Positions 1 through 9,817 of a stretch of DNA of 64,000 nt are shown in pieces. Each line of letters starts with the position of its first letter. Positions within the stretch are counted from its first letter, which is position 1. Source of the DNA: Pseudomonadota bacterium (lineage in GTDB: Bacteria > Pseudomonadota > Alphaproteobacteria > Rhodobacterales > Rhodobacteraceae). A program made the position numbers and the translations under genes. A model generated the notes under the pieces. The model was not told the origin of the DNA. It saw only the letters and a list, made by a program, of their open reading frames with translations, and did no database searches. Location of the stretch: positions 1,449-65,448 of the forward strand of contig JBCBDL010000005.1 in the NCBI GenBank assembly GCA_038529695.1, written 5' to 3'.

Positions 1-2
1 CG

Positions 3-731
3 CCAATCGCCCTGTTTTTAGTACCTTGGCCCAATGCCGCAACAGCCCTGATCCTGCTTGGTGCGATCGTCGTGCATTTTGCGTACAAGGTGACAATGGC
101 GATGGCCTATGAGCGTGCCGCCTATACGGTCGTTTATCCCGTGGTGCGCGGCACCGGGCCATTGGTGACGGTCATCGCGGCCTCTCTTTTCTTTGGCGAG
201 CATTTTACCGCCACGCAATGGGTCGGTGTTGCTTGCCTATCGGGCGGTATTCTGCTTTTGGCGGTGCGGAACCTTGTTGAAGAGCAGGTCGATTTGCCCG
301 CATTGAAAACCGGTTTGATCTGGGCATTGACCGGTGGTGTGCTGGTTGCGATTTACACAACTTATGATGCCTATGGTATTCGCCAGTCGCCGGACCCATT
401 TACGTTTTTGGCGTGGTTCTTTTTCGTGACGTCCCTGGATTTTCCGATCCTGGCTGCATGGCGTTATGCGCGGATGCCAGCGTCTTTGGATCTGGCACCG
501 CTGATGTGGCGCGGTCTTGTCGGCGCATTGATCGCCTGGGTGAGTTTTGGCGGTGTGATGCTGGCCACGCGGCTTGACAAGGTGGGCGAGGCGGCGGTGT
601 TGCGCGAAACCTCGACCGTGTTTGCTGCCTTGATCGGGTGGTTTATTCTGGGTGAGAAGGTGGGGCCACGTCGGTTGTTTCTGATGACGCTGGTTGCACT
701 TGGGGCCGTCATCGTGGAAATGGGTGGCTAA
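3..731 (+). CDS. EamA/DMT family transporter (5' truncated by window)
   Basis: Frame open from position 3; multi-TM hydrophobic protein with DMT-type 'LRETSTVFAALIGWFILGEK' ending. Confidence 0.85.
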   Translation, partial: PIALFLVPWPNAATALILLGAIVVHFAYKVTMAMAYERAAYTVVYPVVRGTGPLVTVIAASLFFGEHFTATQWVGVACLSGGILLLAVRNLVEEQVDLPALKTGLIWALTGGVLVAIYTTYDAYGIRQSPDPFTFLAWFFFVTSLDFPILAAWRYARMPASLDLAPLMWRGLVGALIAWVSFGGVMLATRLDKVGEAAVLRETSTVFAALIGWFILGEKVGPRRLFLMTLVALGAVIVEMGG

Positions 732-742
732 AGGAGACATGC

Positions 743-1354
743 ATGGCGGAAAAGACGATTAACCCGGTTCTGAAACAGGTTCTAGAGCTTGGCCCAACGC
801 TTGCGTTCTTTCTGATCTATCTGCGGATCAAGGATGACACATTCACCTTTGCGGGCACTGAATATACGGGATTTATCGTTGCAGCGCTGATCTTTGTTCC
901 GATCCTGCTGGCGGCGATGGGTATCTTATGGGTGCTGACCGGCAAACTGAGCCGTATGCAGGTATTTACCGCATTTATGGTCATCTTTTTTGGCGGGCTG
1001 ACCGCTTACTTCAATGATGAGCGGTTCTTTAAGATGAAGACCACCATTGTTTATGGTTTTATGGCGGGTTTGCTGGGGATTGGCCTGTTACGTGGGCAAA
1101 GCTATCTGCAATATGTCATGGAAGAGTTTCTGCCCATGCAGCCTGAGGGATGGATGATCTTCACACGTCGTCTGACTTATCTGTTTGCCGGCCTGGCAGT
1201 TGCAAACGAGATCATCTGGCGCACCCAAAGCACAGAGACATGGGTTAAGCTTGAAACGTTTGCTTTCCCGGCAATCCTGTTTGTTTTCCTTTGGGTGCAG
1301 ATTATCGGCTTGCAGAAATACCTGATCGAGGATCCGAACACAGCTGAAGACTAG
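743..1354 (+). CDS. yciB: Inner membrane-spanning protein YciB (septation protein A)
   Basis: 'LELGP..FF', 'FNDERFFKMKTTIVY', 'WV.LETF' motifs; GGAG RBS. Confidence 0.9.
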   Translation: MAEKTINPVLKQVLELGPTLAFFLIYLRIKDDTFTFAGTEYTGFIVAALIFVPILLAAMGILWVLTGKLSRMQVFTAFMVIFFGGLTAYFNDERFFKMKTTIVYGFMAGLLGIGLLRGQSYLQYVMEEFLPMQPEGWMIFTRRLTYLFAGLAVANEIIWRTQSTETWVKLETFAFPAILFVFLWVQIIGLQKYLIEDPNTAED

Positions 1355-1680
1355 CGCATTTCGACCAAGCCATGTGCAGGCATACCAAAACGTCCATGTG
1401 CCCGCCCATCACGTCGATAACGGAGAGTATCGACCTGATCATCCGTGATCTGCGGTCGGAAAGTGATGCCGACATAGCCGTTCGACGCCCATTGTACAAC
1501 GGCCGCGGCACGGAGGCTTAGGATTTCCACCTCTACCTTGTCACCGCGTCGCAGGTCGCGCAGTCCTTGAATGCGTGCGCCTGCGTTGTTGACGTCAATC
1601 ACATGACCCTTTTGTGGCCCGGTTGGAGAGCGCAGTTTCGTGGGATACTGCGTGCGATAGCGATGCGGGCGATACTGCAT
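1351..1680 (-). CDS. Stand-alone PilZ-domain protein
   Basis: 109 aa; 'VIDVNNAGARI...V.W....VGITF' PilZ-like beta-barrel pattern. Confidence 0.7.
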   Translation of the reverse strand: MQYRPHRYRTQYPTKLRSPTGPQKGHVIDVNNAGARIQGLRDLRRGDKVEVEILSLRAAAVVQWASNGYVGITFRPQITDDQVDTLRYRRDGRAHGRFGMPAHGLVEMR

Positions 1681-1740
1681 GTCAAAACCTTCACTCGTGC
1701 TTCATGCGTGCAAGAGTAAGACGACGACACTAACAATTCG

Positions 1741-2448
1741 TTACGACCGCTTTGTAAAAAGGACGTTTTGTGCCGCATTGTCCTTGCGAAAATCGCCGCG
1801 TTTTTCGGCGGCCAGTGCGCGACCGCGTTGTACGCCGGGCCGCGCACCCATCATATCCAGCCAGCGGGCCATGTTGGGTTTGTCGTCAAGGCTCTGCTGC
1901 TGCCCTTCCCATAGCGATGCCCAGCCCCAGATGGACATATCGGCGATGGAGTAGAAGTCGCCAGCAACGTATTCATTTCCCGCCAATTGCCGGTCCAGCA
2001 CGCCGTACAGGCGCGCAGTCTCGTTTCGATAACGTTCTTTGGCATAAGGCAAATCATTCGGTGGATTCATTGCTGGGGCATATTTCAGAAAGTGATGCGC
2101 TTGCCCGGCCATCGGGCCTAATCCGCCCATTTGCCACATCAGCCATTGGTCCACGCTGATCCGGTCACGCGCGGTGTTGCCATAGAACTGGCCTGTCTTT
2201 CGGGCGAGGTATTGCAGGATTGCGCCGGACTCAAAGAGCGATATCGGTGCGCCATCTGGCCCGTCGTGATCAATGATCGCGGGCATGCGGTTATTGGGTG
2301 CGATTTTCAGAAAGTCAGGTTTGAACTGGTCGCCTGCGCCGATATTCACCAGGTGTAGCGCATAAAGCAGTTCCATCTCCTCCAACGCGATGGATACTTT
2401 CCAGCCATTGGGCGTCGGCCAGAAGTAAAGATCAATAGGTTTGGACAT
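1741..2448 (-). CDS. Glutathione S-transferase family protein (YfcG/YghU-like)
   Basis: 'TPNGWK', 'PNNRMPAI', 'FESGAIL.YLA', 'YSIADM' motifs. Confidence 0.92.
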   Translation of the reverse strand: MSKPIDLYFWPTPNGWKVSIALEEMELLYALHLVNIGAGDQFKPDFLKIAPNNRMPAIIDHDGPDGAPISLFESGAILQYLARKTGQFYGNTARDRISVDQWLMWQMGGLGPMAGQAHHFLKYAPAMNPPNDLPYAKERYRNETARLYGVLDRQLAGNEYVAGDFYSIADMSIWGWASLWEGQQQSLDDKPNMARWLDMMGARPGVQRGRALAAEKRGDFRKDNAAQNVLFTKRS

Positions 2449-2504
2449 GCGCACTCCTTTTCATCATAGCAGCGCAAGATGGCACAAAGAGCAAGCCCCG
2501 CCGC

Positions 2505-2533
2505 TTGACGTCATTGTGGGTCAGGCGTATGCC
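2505..2533 (+). promoter_or_regulatory. Probable sigma70 promoter of SAM-II/metZ leader
   Basis: TTGACG at 2505 and GTATGC at 2527, ending just before the aptamer 5' end. Confidence 0.5.
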
Positions 2534-2537
2534 GTTA

Positions 2538-2592
2538 TGCGTGGCGATTTGTTACCGGATTGCGGGCCACGTTAAAGATGCCGCTAAAGAGG
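2538..2592 (+). ncRNA. SAM-II (SAM_alpha) riboswitch
   Basis: P1 CGTGGC/GCCACG with conserved GATTT, TTGC, TTAAA and GCTAAA segments, directly upstream of metZ. Confidence 0.88.
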
Positions 2593-2606
2593 GTTGCAGG
2601 TTTTCC

Positions 2607-2641
2607 AACCTCGATACCTTGTCCCGGTGTCGAGGTTTTTT
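2607..2641 (+). terminator. Intrinsic terminator of the riboswitch expression platform
   Basis: AACCTCGATACC/GGTGTCGAGGTT stem running into a T tract (2636-2641). Confidence 0.75.
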
Positions 2642-2665
2642 GATGCGCAAAGGGCGCGGGGATTG

Positions 2666-3844
2666 ATGACGAAGACGTGGAACAAACGCACAAAGGCCGT
2701 GCACGCTGGCACCCGCCGCAGCCAATACAACGAGGTGAGCGAGGCGATCTATCTGACGCAAGGCTTTGTTTACGACACGGCTGAGGATGCAGAGGCCCGT
2801 TTCATCAAGGCGGGTGACGATGAGTTTATCTATGCCCGGTATGGCAACCCGACTGTCGCGATGTTTGAAGACCGGATTGCGGCTTTAGAGGGGACCGAGG
2901 ATGGGTTTGCCACCGCATCTGGCATGGCGGCCGTGAATGGCGCGCTGACATCGATGCTGCGCGCGGGTGATCATGTCGTCTCGGCGCGGGCCTTGTTTGG
3001 GTCGTGTCTTTATATCCTTGAAGAAATCCTGCCTCGTTACGGGGTTGAAGTGACGTTTGTGGATGGAACCGATTTGGTCGCCTGGGAGGCTGCGATCAGG
3101 TCCGACACCAAGGCGGTGTTCTTTGAAAGTATCTCGAACCCGACGCTGGAAGTGATTGATATCAAGGCTGTTTCAGATTTGGCCCATGCCGTGGGCGCAA
3201 CGGTGATTGTCGATAATGTCTTTGCCACACCTGTCTTCTCGGATGCAGTGGCACAGGGGGCGGATGTCGTCGTTTACTCTGCAACAAAGCATATCGACGG
3301 GCAGGGGCGTGCGTTGGGCGGCGTGATCTTGGGCACGAAGGAGTTTATTCGCGGTACGGTAGAGCCTTACCTGAAGCATACCGGTGGCGCGATGTCGCCG
3401 TTTAATGCCTGGATCATGCTGAAGGGGTTGGAAACGATGGAACTGCGCGTGCGGGCGCAGGCAAAGACGGCGTTAGAGCTGGCAACAGCTTTGCAGGCGG
3501 ATGGGACGCTGCAGAATGTGATTTATCCTGGTTTGCCTGATCATCCGCAGCATCGCCTGACTGTCGCGCAGATGGGTGTTGGTGGAACCGTTCTGGCAAT
3601 TGATGCCGGGTCACAAGCGGCCGCTTTTAAGCTGCTGAACGCGTTGGAGATTGTCACGATCTCTAACAATCTCGGAGACGCGAAATCCATCGCGACACAC
3701 CCTTCGACGACGACGCATCAACGTCTGTCGGGTGACGTCAAAGCGACGCTTGGTATCACCCCCGGTTTGATCCGTTTGAGCGTTGGTTTGGAAGATGCCG
3801 ACGACCTGTTGGCGGATCTGCGCACGGCTGTCGCGGCCATGTGA
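2666..3844 (+). CDS. metZ: O-succinylhomoserine sulfhydrylase
   Basis: 'YARYGNPT', 'YSATKHIDGQGR' PLP-lysine motif, 'NNLGDAKS'; SAM riboswitch upstream. Confidence 0.95.
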   Translation: MTKTWNKRTKAVHAGTRRSQYNEVSEAIYLTQGFVYDTAEDAEARFIKAGDDEFIYARYGNPTVAMFEDRIAALEGTEDGFATASGMAAVNGALTSMLRAGDHVVSARALFGSCLYILEEILPRYGVEVTFVDGTDLVAWEAAIRSDTKAVFFESISNPTLEVIDIKAVSDLAHAVGATVIVDNVFATPVFSDAVAQGADVVVYSATKHIDGQGRALGGVILGTKEFIRGTVEPYLKHTGGAMSPFNAWIMLKGLETMELRVRAQAKTALELATALQADGTLQNVIYPGLPDHPQHRLTVAQMGVGGTVLAIDAGSQAAAFKLLNALEIVTISNNLGDAKSIATHPSTTTHQRLSGDVKATLGITPGLIRLSVGLEDADDLLADLRTAVAAM

Positions 3845-4018
3845 CGTGGTGACGTCACACCACAAAAGTGGTTAAGATGGAGCCACTTAGCCCTTGGAAA
3901 GGCGGTCTTGATGACTGATCCGCGCCCGGAATTGTTGCGTATCTACAAAGATATCGTTGGAAATACCGACGATGTGCCCCATCTAGGGGTGTCTAACGTA
4001 CCGACTGGGGGACCAGAC

Positions 4019-5122
4019 ATGAATATCCACGCACCTGATATGGACCGTGAACCAACCCGCGATGAGGCCGAAGCCGCGTTGGCTTTGCTGCGCCGCTGGG
4101 CCGGTGACGTGACGGCGGAAGAGGTGGCAACGCTTGATCCGCTCGTCTCGCGCCTGATTCCCGGTCAGGAAGTGTCGAATTACCCCGCGCTTGCACGTGC
4201 CTATCCTGAGGATTTTGAGGTTGATGACGCCTATAAGGCGTCGATGCCCGATCTGCAGAATGGCCCGTCGAGCCTGATCAAGGGTGCTAAGCAACAGATT
4301 CAGCATGTTGGCATTTCGAATTTCCGCCTGCCGATCCGCTTTCATACCCGCGATAATGGCGATCTGACATTGGAGACGTCTGTGACCGGCACCGTGTCGC
4401 TGGAGGCGGAAAAGAAGGGCATCAACATGTCCCGGATCATGCGGACGTTTTACAAGCATGCCGAAGAGACGTTCAGTTTTGAAGTCATCGAACGGGCGTT
4501 GGACGCGTACAAGACCGATCTGGAAAGTTTCGATGCGCGCATTCAGATGCGGTTCAGCTTTCCGATGAAGGTGGACAGCCTGCGGTCGGGTCTGTCTGGC
4601 TATCAATACTACGACATCGCGCTGGAACTGGTGGAAAGTGCGGGGGTGCGCAAGAAGATCGTGCATCTGGACTACGTCTATTCGTCAACCTGCCCCTGCT
4701 CTCTGGAGCTCAGTGAACATGCGCGGCAGTTCCGCGGCCAGTTGGCGACGCCGCATTCGCAACGGTCTGTGGCGCGGATTTCGGTGCTGCTTGAAGATGG
4801 GGCGGAGGTGTTGTGGTTCGAAGATCTGATTGACCGCGCGCGTGCGGCTGTGCCGACCGAGACTCAAGTGATGGTCAAGCGCGAGGATGAGCAGGCCTTT
4901 GCAGAACTGAACGCGGCCAATCCGATCTTTGTGGAAGATGCTGCACGTCTCTTTACAGAGCAATTGCAACTGGATACGCGGATTTCAGATTTCCGCGTGA
5001 TCGCCAGCCATCAGGAAAGCCTGCACAGCCATGATGCGGTGTCGGTGCTGACCGAGGGTGAGACATTCGCTGCCGAAAGCCTCGACCCCCGTCTGTTCCA
5101 GTCCCTTTTCCACGTGGGTTAA
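4019..5122 (+). CDS. folE2: GTP cyclohydrolase FolE2 (type IB)
   Basis: 'KGINMSR', 'YSSTCPCS', 'PHSQRS', 'KREDEQAFAE', 'FVEDAAR', 'ESLHSHDA'. Confidence 0.93.
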   Translation: MNIHAPDMDREPTRDEAEAALALLRRWAGDVTAEEVATLDPLVSRLIPGQEVSNYPALARAYPEDFEVDDAYKASMPDLQNGPSSLIKGAKQQIQHVGISNFRLPIRFHTRDNGDLTLETSVTGTVSLEAEKKGINMSRIMRTFYKHAEETFSFEVIERALDAYKTDLESFDARIQMRFSFPMKVDSLRSGLSGYQYYDIALELVESAGVRKKIVHLDYVYSSTCPCSLELSEHARQFRGQLATPHSQRSVARISVLLEDGAEVLWFEDLIDRARAAVPTETQVMVKREDEQAFAELNAANPIFVEDAARLFTEQLQLDTRISDFRVIASHQESLHSHDAVSVLTEGETFAAESLDPRLFQSLFHVG

Positions 5123-5123
5123 G

Positions 5124-5885
5124 CTAGTCGATGATTGTGACCGGCAGATTGCCGATCCCATCAATGACCACGGTCACTTCTTGCCCGGCCTTGATGGGGC
5201 GGGCACCGATTGATGTGCCGCAGGCGATCACATCACCCGGTAACAGGGTCATGTCGGCGGACAATTTGCTCACGATTTCGGCTGGCGTGAAGATCATGTC
5301 ATTCGCTGGATAGGATTGCCGCTGACGCTCGCCGACCATGACCTTCACGGTCAGGTTGGCCCAGTCCACATCTGTTTCGATCACCGGGCCGATCACGCCG
5401 AAACCGTCAAAGCCTTTGGCCCGCGTCCATTGCGGGAAAGACGGGTCCGCGTTCAGGATATCAAGCGCAGTGATATCGTTAACGCAGGTGTAGCCAAAGA
5501 TGGCATCTTCGGCCTCAGCAGGGCCGATATTGCTGCAGCTCTTACCGATGACGATGCCTAGCTCCCCCTCAAACAGGACGCGGCCCAGATCGGGCGGCAA
5601 GGTGACTGTCGCACCTGGACCCGCAAGGGATGACAGCGGTTTGAGAAAGTAAAGCGGGTGGTCTGGCGTGTCCCAGCCGTTGCGCTCAGCAGCGGCCTTG
5701 AAGTTGTTCCAGAGGCCGATGAATTTGCCTGGCACACAGGGCGGCAGCAGCGTTGTAGTGCTGAGCGCGATGGGATCGCCCGTGCTTTCATCTGATCCCA
5801 AAGCCGCGCGGGGATGAAGCATATCACCCTGAATGATGCCCGTCCTGACATCCCCGCTTTCTGTTCTGATCCGCGCCCATTGCAT
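5124..5885 (-). CDS. Fumarylacetoacetate hydrolase family protein
   Basis: 'FEGELGIVIGK', 'GYTCVNDITA', 'WTRAKGFD.F', 'LLPGDVIACGT'. Confidence 0.92.
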   Translation of the reverse strand: MQWARIRTESGDVRTGIIQGDMLHPRAALGSDESTGDPIALSTTTLLPPCVPGKFIGLWNNFKAAAERNGWDTPDHPLYFLKPLSSLAGPGATVTLPPDLGRVLFEGELGIVIGKSCSNIGPAEAEDAIFGYTCVNDITALDILNADPSFPQWTRAKGFDGFGVIGPVIETDVDWANLTVKVMVGERQRQSYPANDMIFTPAEIVSKLSADMTLLPGDVIACGTSIGARPIKAGQEVTVVIDGIGNLPVTIID

Positions 5886-5956
5886 CTGTGGTCCCTCGCC
5901 TTTCTTGTCTGGAAGGGACCGTGCAACTTTAGCGAAACCGCCGCAAGGGCTTGGCC

Positions 5957-6406
5957 TTATGCGGTGACCGGTGCGTTCACCGCGCTGGCAAAGCAACCCA
6001 GCACCAGATCCCAGCCTTTCAGATAGCTATTGCTGACGGCATCAGCGGTATCACCCAGAATGTCAAAGCCACCATGGGTCAGATCACAGCGTGTGCCTTG
6101 CTCTGTTTCGGTAAAGGCCACGGTGACAACGGTTGCCTCGTCCGGGCCGCGCCCCGGATGCCATGTGAAAGACAAGTATTCACCCGGATCATAGGCGATA
6201 AGCGTGCCCCAGATATTGGTGCTGCCATCAGCGCCCGTTTCGACAATGTCACCGCCCTTGTGATCGGGAAACGTCACGGTAGAGTCAGCGCCGGTCACTG
6301 AAAACGGATCCTTGGGCCACCATGTATCCATATTGCTGGTGAAGAGTGCGAAAGCGTCAGCCGGGTTCAGCGGAACGGTCAGGGTTTTTTTGATCGGGTC
6401 ATTCAT
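5957..6406 (-). CDS. SRPBCC (Aha1/START-like) domain protein
   Basis: 'AF.LFT.....WWP', 'L.FTWHPG', 'T...LTH.GF', 'GW..VL' pattern; overlaps ArsR stop. Confidence 0.85.
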   Translation of the reverse strand: MNDPIKKTLTVPLNPADAFALFTSNMDTWWPKDPFSVTGADSTVTFPDHKGGDIVETGADGSTNIWGTLIAYDPGEYLSFTWHPGRGPDEATVVTVAFTETEQGTRCDLTHGGFDILGDTADAVSNSYLKGWDLVLGCFASAVNAPVTA

Positions 6407-6720
6407 GTGGATTGTCCTTTTGCTTTTTCCTGTGCCGCGCGGGCAAAGGCGGCAAGCGCGTCGTCCCACAGCGTGTCGAGATAGCGGCGCAATTCATCGA
6501 CACCTTCGGGTGCGATGGCATAGACGCGCCGATTTCCTGTCGGCGTGACCGATAAAAGCCCCGCATCTGACAAGACCTTGAGGTGTTGGCTAACAGCCGG
6601 TCGACTGACGCCCATCCCATCGGCGATAGCGCTCACGGGCAGCGGGCCAGTGCGCAACCTGTCGATGATCACGCGGCGTGTTGGATCGGCCAAAGCGGCG
6701 ATTGCATCTTGATAAGCCAT
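6403..6720 (-). CDS. ArsR/SmtB family transcriptional regulator
   Basis: 'ALADPTRR.I', 'SRPAVSQHLKVL..AGL', 'GNRRVY'. Confidence 0.92.
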   Translation of the reverse strand: MAYQDAIAALADPTRRVIIDRLRTGPLPVSAIADGMGVSRPAVSQHLKVLSDAGLLSVTPTGNRRVYAIAPEGVDELRRYLDTLWDDALAAFARAAQEKAKGQST

Positions 6721-6721
6721 A

Positions 6722-6745
6722 ACTTACCGTAAGTCATCGCTTACG
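6722..6745. promoter_or_regulatory. Candidate ArsR operator (overlapping palindromes)
   Basis: ACTTAC-C-GTAAGT (6722-6734) and CGTAAG-N6-CTTACG (6728-6745) abutting the arsR start codon. Confidence 0.55.
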
Positions 6746-6852
6746 ATTCGTCAAACAAATCATGCGCCCTTGAAGCCCCTGACCCCCAACACTAAGACTC
6801 TGTCAGGATATTTGAAGTAGGACGGACATCGTCCAAATGTGAGGCAGTAAAT

Positions 6853-7473
6853 ATGCAAGACCCCGTCGACACCTATATGAACCTTGTCCCAATGGTGGTC
6901 GAACAGACCGCGCGGGGTGAGCGTGCCTATGATATCTTTTCTCGCCTGCTGAAAGAGCGCATCATTTTCGTCAACGGACCCGTCCATGACGGGATGAGCC
7001 AGTTGATCGTCGCCCAATTGCTGCATCTGGAATCGGAGAACCCGAAGAAAGAGATCAGCATGTATATCAACAGCCCCGGTGGTGTGGTGACGTCCGGCCT
7101 GTCAATCTATGACACGATGCAATACATCAAGCCGAAGGTCAGCACGCTGGTGATCGGGCAGGCGGCCTCTATGGGGTCACTGCTTTTGACAGCGGGTGAG
7201 CCGGGCATGCGTTTCTCATTGCCCAATTCCCGTGTGATGGTCCACCAGCCATCGGGTGGCTATCAGGGGCAGGCGACGGACATCATGATTCACGCTGCCG
7301 AAACCCAGAAACTCAAGACCCGGCTGAACGAGATTTATGTGAAGCATACCGGCAACACGCTGAAAAAAGTTGAGGCAGCACTCGAGCGGGACAACTTTAT
7401 GTCACCAGAAGAGGCCAAAGAGTGGGGGTTGATTGACGAAATCGTTGAAAATCGACCCAAATCGGACGAGTAA
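6853..7473 (+). CDS. clpP: ATP-dependent Clp protease proteolytic subunit
   Basis: '[13 protein letters not shown]', 'YINSPGG', 'GQAASMGS', 'MVHQPSGG'. Confidence 0.97.
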   Translation: MQDPVDTYMNLVPMVVEQTARGERAYDIFSRLLKERIIFVNGPVHDGMSQLIVAQLLHLESENPKKEISMYINSPGGVVTSGLSIYDTMQYIKPKVSTLVIGQAASMGSLLLTAGEPGMRFSLPNSRVMVHQPSGGYQGQATDIMIHAAETQKLKTRLNEIYVKHTGNTLKKVEAALERDNFMSPEEAKEWGLIDEIVENRPKSDE

Positions 7474-7600
7474 ACGGTTTCTTAACGCTCCGTTCACATG
7501 ATCATTTTGACATTGTGGACCTCGGCGGGCTGTCCTAGTGTTGTGGCAAGGGCAGCCCGAAATATGTTTGACCGGCCTATGTGGCAAAGAGGTTTTTTAG

Positions 7601-8866
7601 ATGGCGAATACATCTGGCAACGATAGCAAGAACACCTTGTATTGCAGCTTTTGTGGCAAAAGCCAGCATGAGGTGCGCAAGCTGATTGCCGGACCGACTG
7701 TCTTTATCTGTGATGAATGTGTTGAGCTTTGCATGGACATCATACGTGAAGAGACCAAGACAGCCGGGCTGAAATCGGGCGACGGTGTGCCAACCCCGAC
7801 CGAAATCTGCCAGGTTCTGGATGATTACGTGATCGGGCAATTGCATGCAAAGCGCGTGCTGTCAGTGGCGGTCCACAATCATTACAAGCGCCTGAACCAC
7901 GCGGACAAGTCGGACATCGAGCTGGCGAAATCCAATATCATGCTGATTGGGCCAACCGGCTGCGGTAAAACACTGCTGGCACAGACGCTGGCCCGTATTC
8001 TGGATGTGCCATTTACCATGGCCGACGCGACGACGCTGACCGAAGCGGGTTATGTTGGCGAAGATGTTGAGAATATCATCCTCAAGCTGTTGCAGGCGTC
8101 CGAATATAATGTCGAACGCGCGCAGCGCGGCATCGTTTATATCGACGAGGTCGACAAGATTACCCGGAAATCGGACAACCCGTCCATCACCCGCGATGTA
8201 TCGGGCGAGGGCGTGCAGCAGGCGCTGTTGAAGATTATGGAAGGCACGGTTGCGTCGGTGCCGCCACAGGGTGGCCGCAAGCACCCACAGCAGGAATTCC
8301 TGCAGGTGGATACAACGAACATCCTGTTCATCTGCGGTGGCGCTTTTGCCGGTCTAGACAAGATCATCGCGCAGCGCGGCAAAGGTTCTGCCATGGGCTT
8401 TGGCGCGGATGTACGCGAAGATGATGAACGTGGCATTGGCGAGATTTTCACGGATCTGGAGCCAGAGGATCTGTTGAAATTCGGGTTGATCCCGGAATTT
8501 GTGGGCCGTCTGCCCGTGATCGCGACGCTAACGGACCTTGATGAAGAGGCGCTGATCACGATCTTGACCCAGCCGAAAAATGCGCTGGTCAAGCAGTATC
8601 AGCGGCTGTTTGAGCTGGAAGATACCAAATTGACGTTCACCGATGACGCGTTGAGCGCGATTGCAAAGCGCGCGATTGAACGGAAAACCGGGGCGCGCGG
8701 TCTGCGGTCGATCATGGAAGATATCCTGCTGGATACGATGTTCGACCTGCCGGGCATGGATACAGTGACCGAAGTGGTCGTCAACGAAGAGGCTGTGACC
8801 TCAGACGTGGCCCCGCTAATGATCCATGACGAGGGCAAGAAGAAAGAGCCTGCGACAGCAAGCTAG
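7601..8866 (+). CDS. clpX: ATP-dependent Clp protease ATP-binding subunit
   Basis: C4 zinc finger 'CSFCGK...ICDECV', Walker A 'GPTGCGKT', 'GYVGEDV', 'RKHP'. Confidence 0.97.
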   Translation: MANTSGNDSKNTLYCSFCGKSQHEVRKLIAGPTVFICDECVELCMDIIREETKTAGLKSGDGVPTPTEICQVLDDYVIGQLHAKRVLSVAVHNHYKRLNHADKSDIELAKSNIMLIGPTGCGKTLLAQTLARILDVPFTMADATTLTEAGYVGEDVENIILKLLQASEYNVERAQRGIVYIDEVDKITRKSDNPSITRDVSGEGVQQALLKIMEGTVASVPPQGGRKHPQQEFLQVDTTNILFICGGAFAGLDKIIAQRGKGSAMGFGADVREDDERGIGEIFTDLEPEDLLKFGLIPEFVGRLPVIATLTDLDEEALITILTQPKNALVKQYQRLFELEDTKLTFTDDALSAIAKRAIERKTGARGLRSIMEDILLDTMFDLPGMDTVTEVVVNEEAVTSDVAPLMIHDEGKKKEPATAS

Positions 8867-9382
8867 GTGCTGAATACCATTGCAAGAATTCTGTTTTGGG
8901 CCATTGCATCTGCGGTGGCCCTTTTTGTTTTGGCCGTGTTTGTTCCGATTGGGTGGATGTTCTGGGGAAAATTCGTAGATGACCCGCGATATGCCGGTGA
9001 TTTCTTCGGTGACCTGGTGGAATATGATGAGGTCATTGCGTCTCGCTACTGGGGCACCTTTGGCGTGTGGTCATGCACTGATGCGATTGTGAGGCTTGCC
9101 GATGCGCCGCCACTGTATCTCAACTGCCGACCAGGTGCTGAACGAGGCTGGCGATATGCATGGGGCGGTGATTGGCAACCGACACCTGCCCACACGCTTG
9201 GGGATACTACACGTGACGCGCTGGGTGCATGTGCAGACGAGTGGGATGTTGGCATTTATGAGGAACTGCAGGCTTCGCTTGACCAAGAAGGTGCTTTCTA
9301 TACCCGTGACGGTGTTGACGAAACAGTTATGATTTATGCGCCAAGTCGGCAGATCGCGGCGCTTGTTCGTTTTGGGGACTAA
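8867..9382 (+). CDS. Hypothetical membrane-anchored protein
   Basis: GTG immediately after clpX TAG; one N-terminal TM; fills the gap up to ridA. Confidence 0.65.
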   Translation: MLNTIARILFWAIASAVALFVLAVFVPIGWMFWGKFVDDPRYAGDFFGDLVEYDEVIASRYWGTFGVWSCTDAIVRLADAPPLYLNCRPGAERGWRYAWGGDWQPTPAHTLGDTTRDALGACADEWDVGIYEELQASLDQEGAFYTRDGVDETVMIYAPSRQIAALVRFGD

Positions 9383-9384
9383 GA

Positions 9385-9765
9385 ATGACAGTGAAACATA
9401 TCTCTACCGGCTCGCCCTTTGAGGCGCAGATCGGGTATAGTCGTGCGGTTGTTGCGGATGGCTGGGTCTTTGTGGCAGGCACCACCGGCTACGATTACGC
9501 GACCATGACCATGCCTGAGAGTATCGAGGCGCAGTGTCGGAACACGCTGGATACGATTGGCAAAGCGCTGGAGGAAGCGGGCAGTGGCCTGGATCACGTG
9601 GTGCGTGTCACCTATATCGTGCCGGATGTCGCGGAATGGCACAAATGCTGGCCGATCACCTCAGCCGCTTTTGCCAAGGCGCGGCCGGCTGCGACGATGA
9701 TGTCTGCGCAATTGCAGAACCCGGAAATGAAGATCGAAATCGAAGTGACGGCACGCCTCCCCTAG
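9385..9765 (+). CDS. RidA/YjgF family protein
   Basis: 'GYSRAVV...VFVAGTTG', 'RPAATM', 'KIEIEVTA'. Confidence 0.9.
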   Translation: MTVKHISTGSPFEAQIGYSRAVVADGWVFVAGTTGYDYATMTMPESIEAQCRNTLDTIGKALEEAGSGLDHVVRVTYIVPDVAEWHKCWPITSAAFAKARPAATMMSAQLQNPEMKIEIEVTARLP

Positions 9766-9817
9766 ACCTTTCGCGCCCTTTGGTGCATGGATGGGGCAAC
9801 GAGATCGGAGACGCTTT

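Noticed and set aside
3908-4018. N-terminal extensions in the ORF track (folE2, and likewise metZ, accB, ScfR, ATP-grasp, SPOR, potA)
   Set aside because: Downstream starts have an RBS and match family N-termini, while the extensions overlap promoters, the riboswitch or neighbouring genes
5957-6720. Toxin-antitoxin reading of small overlapping gene pairs (ArsR-SRPBCC; REC-small protein)
   Set aside because: No toxin-family motifs; the families fit ordinary regulator operons
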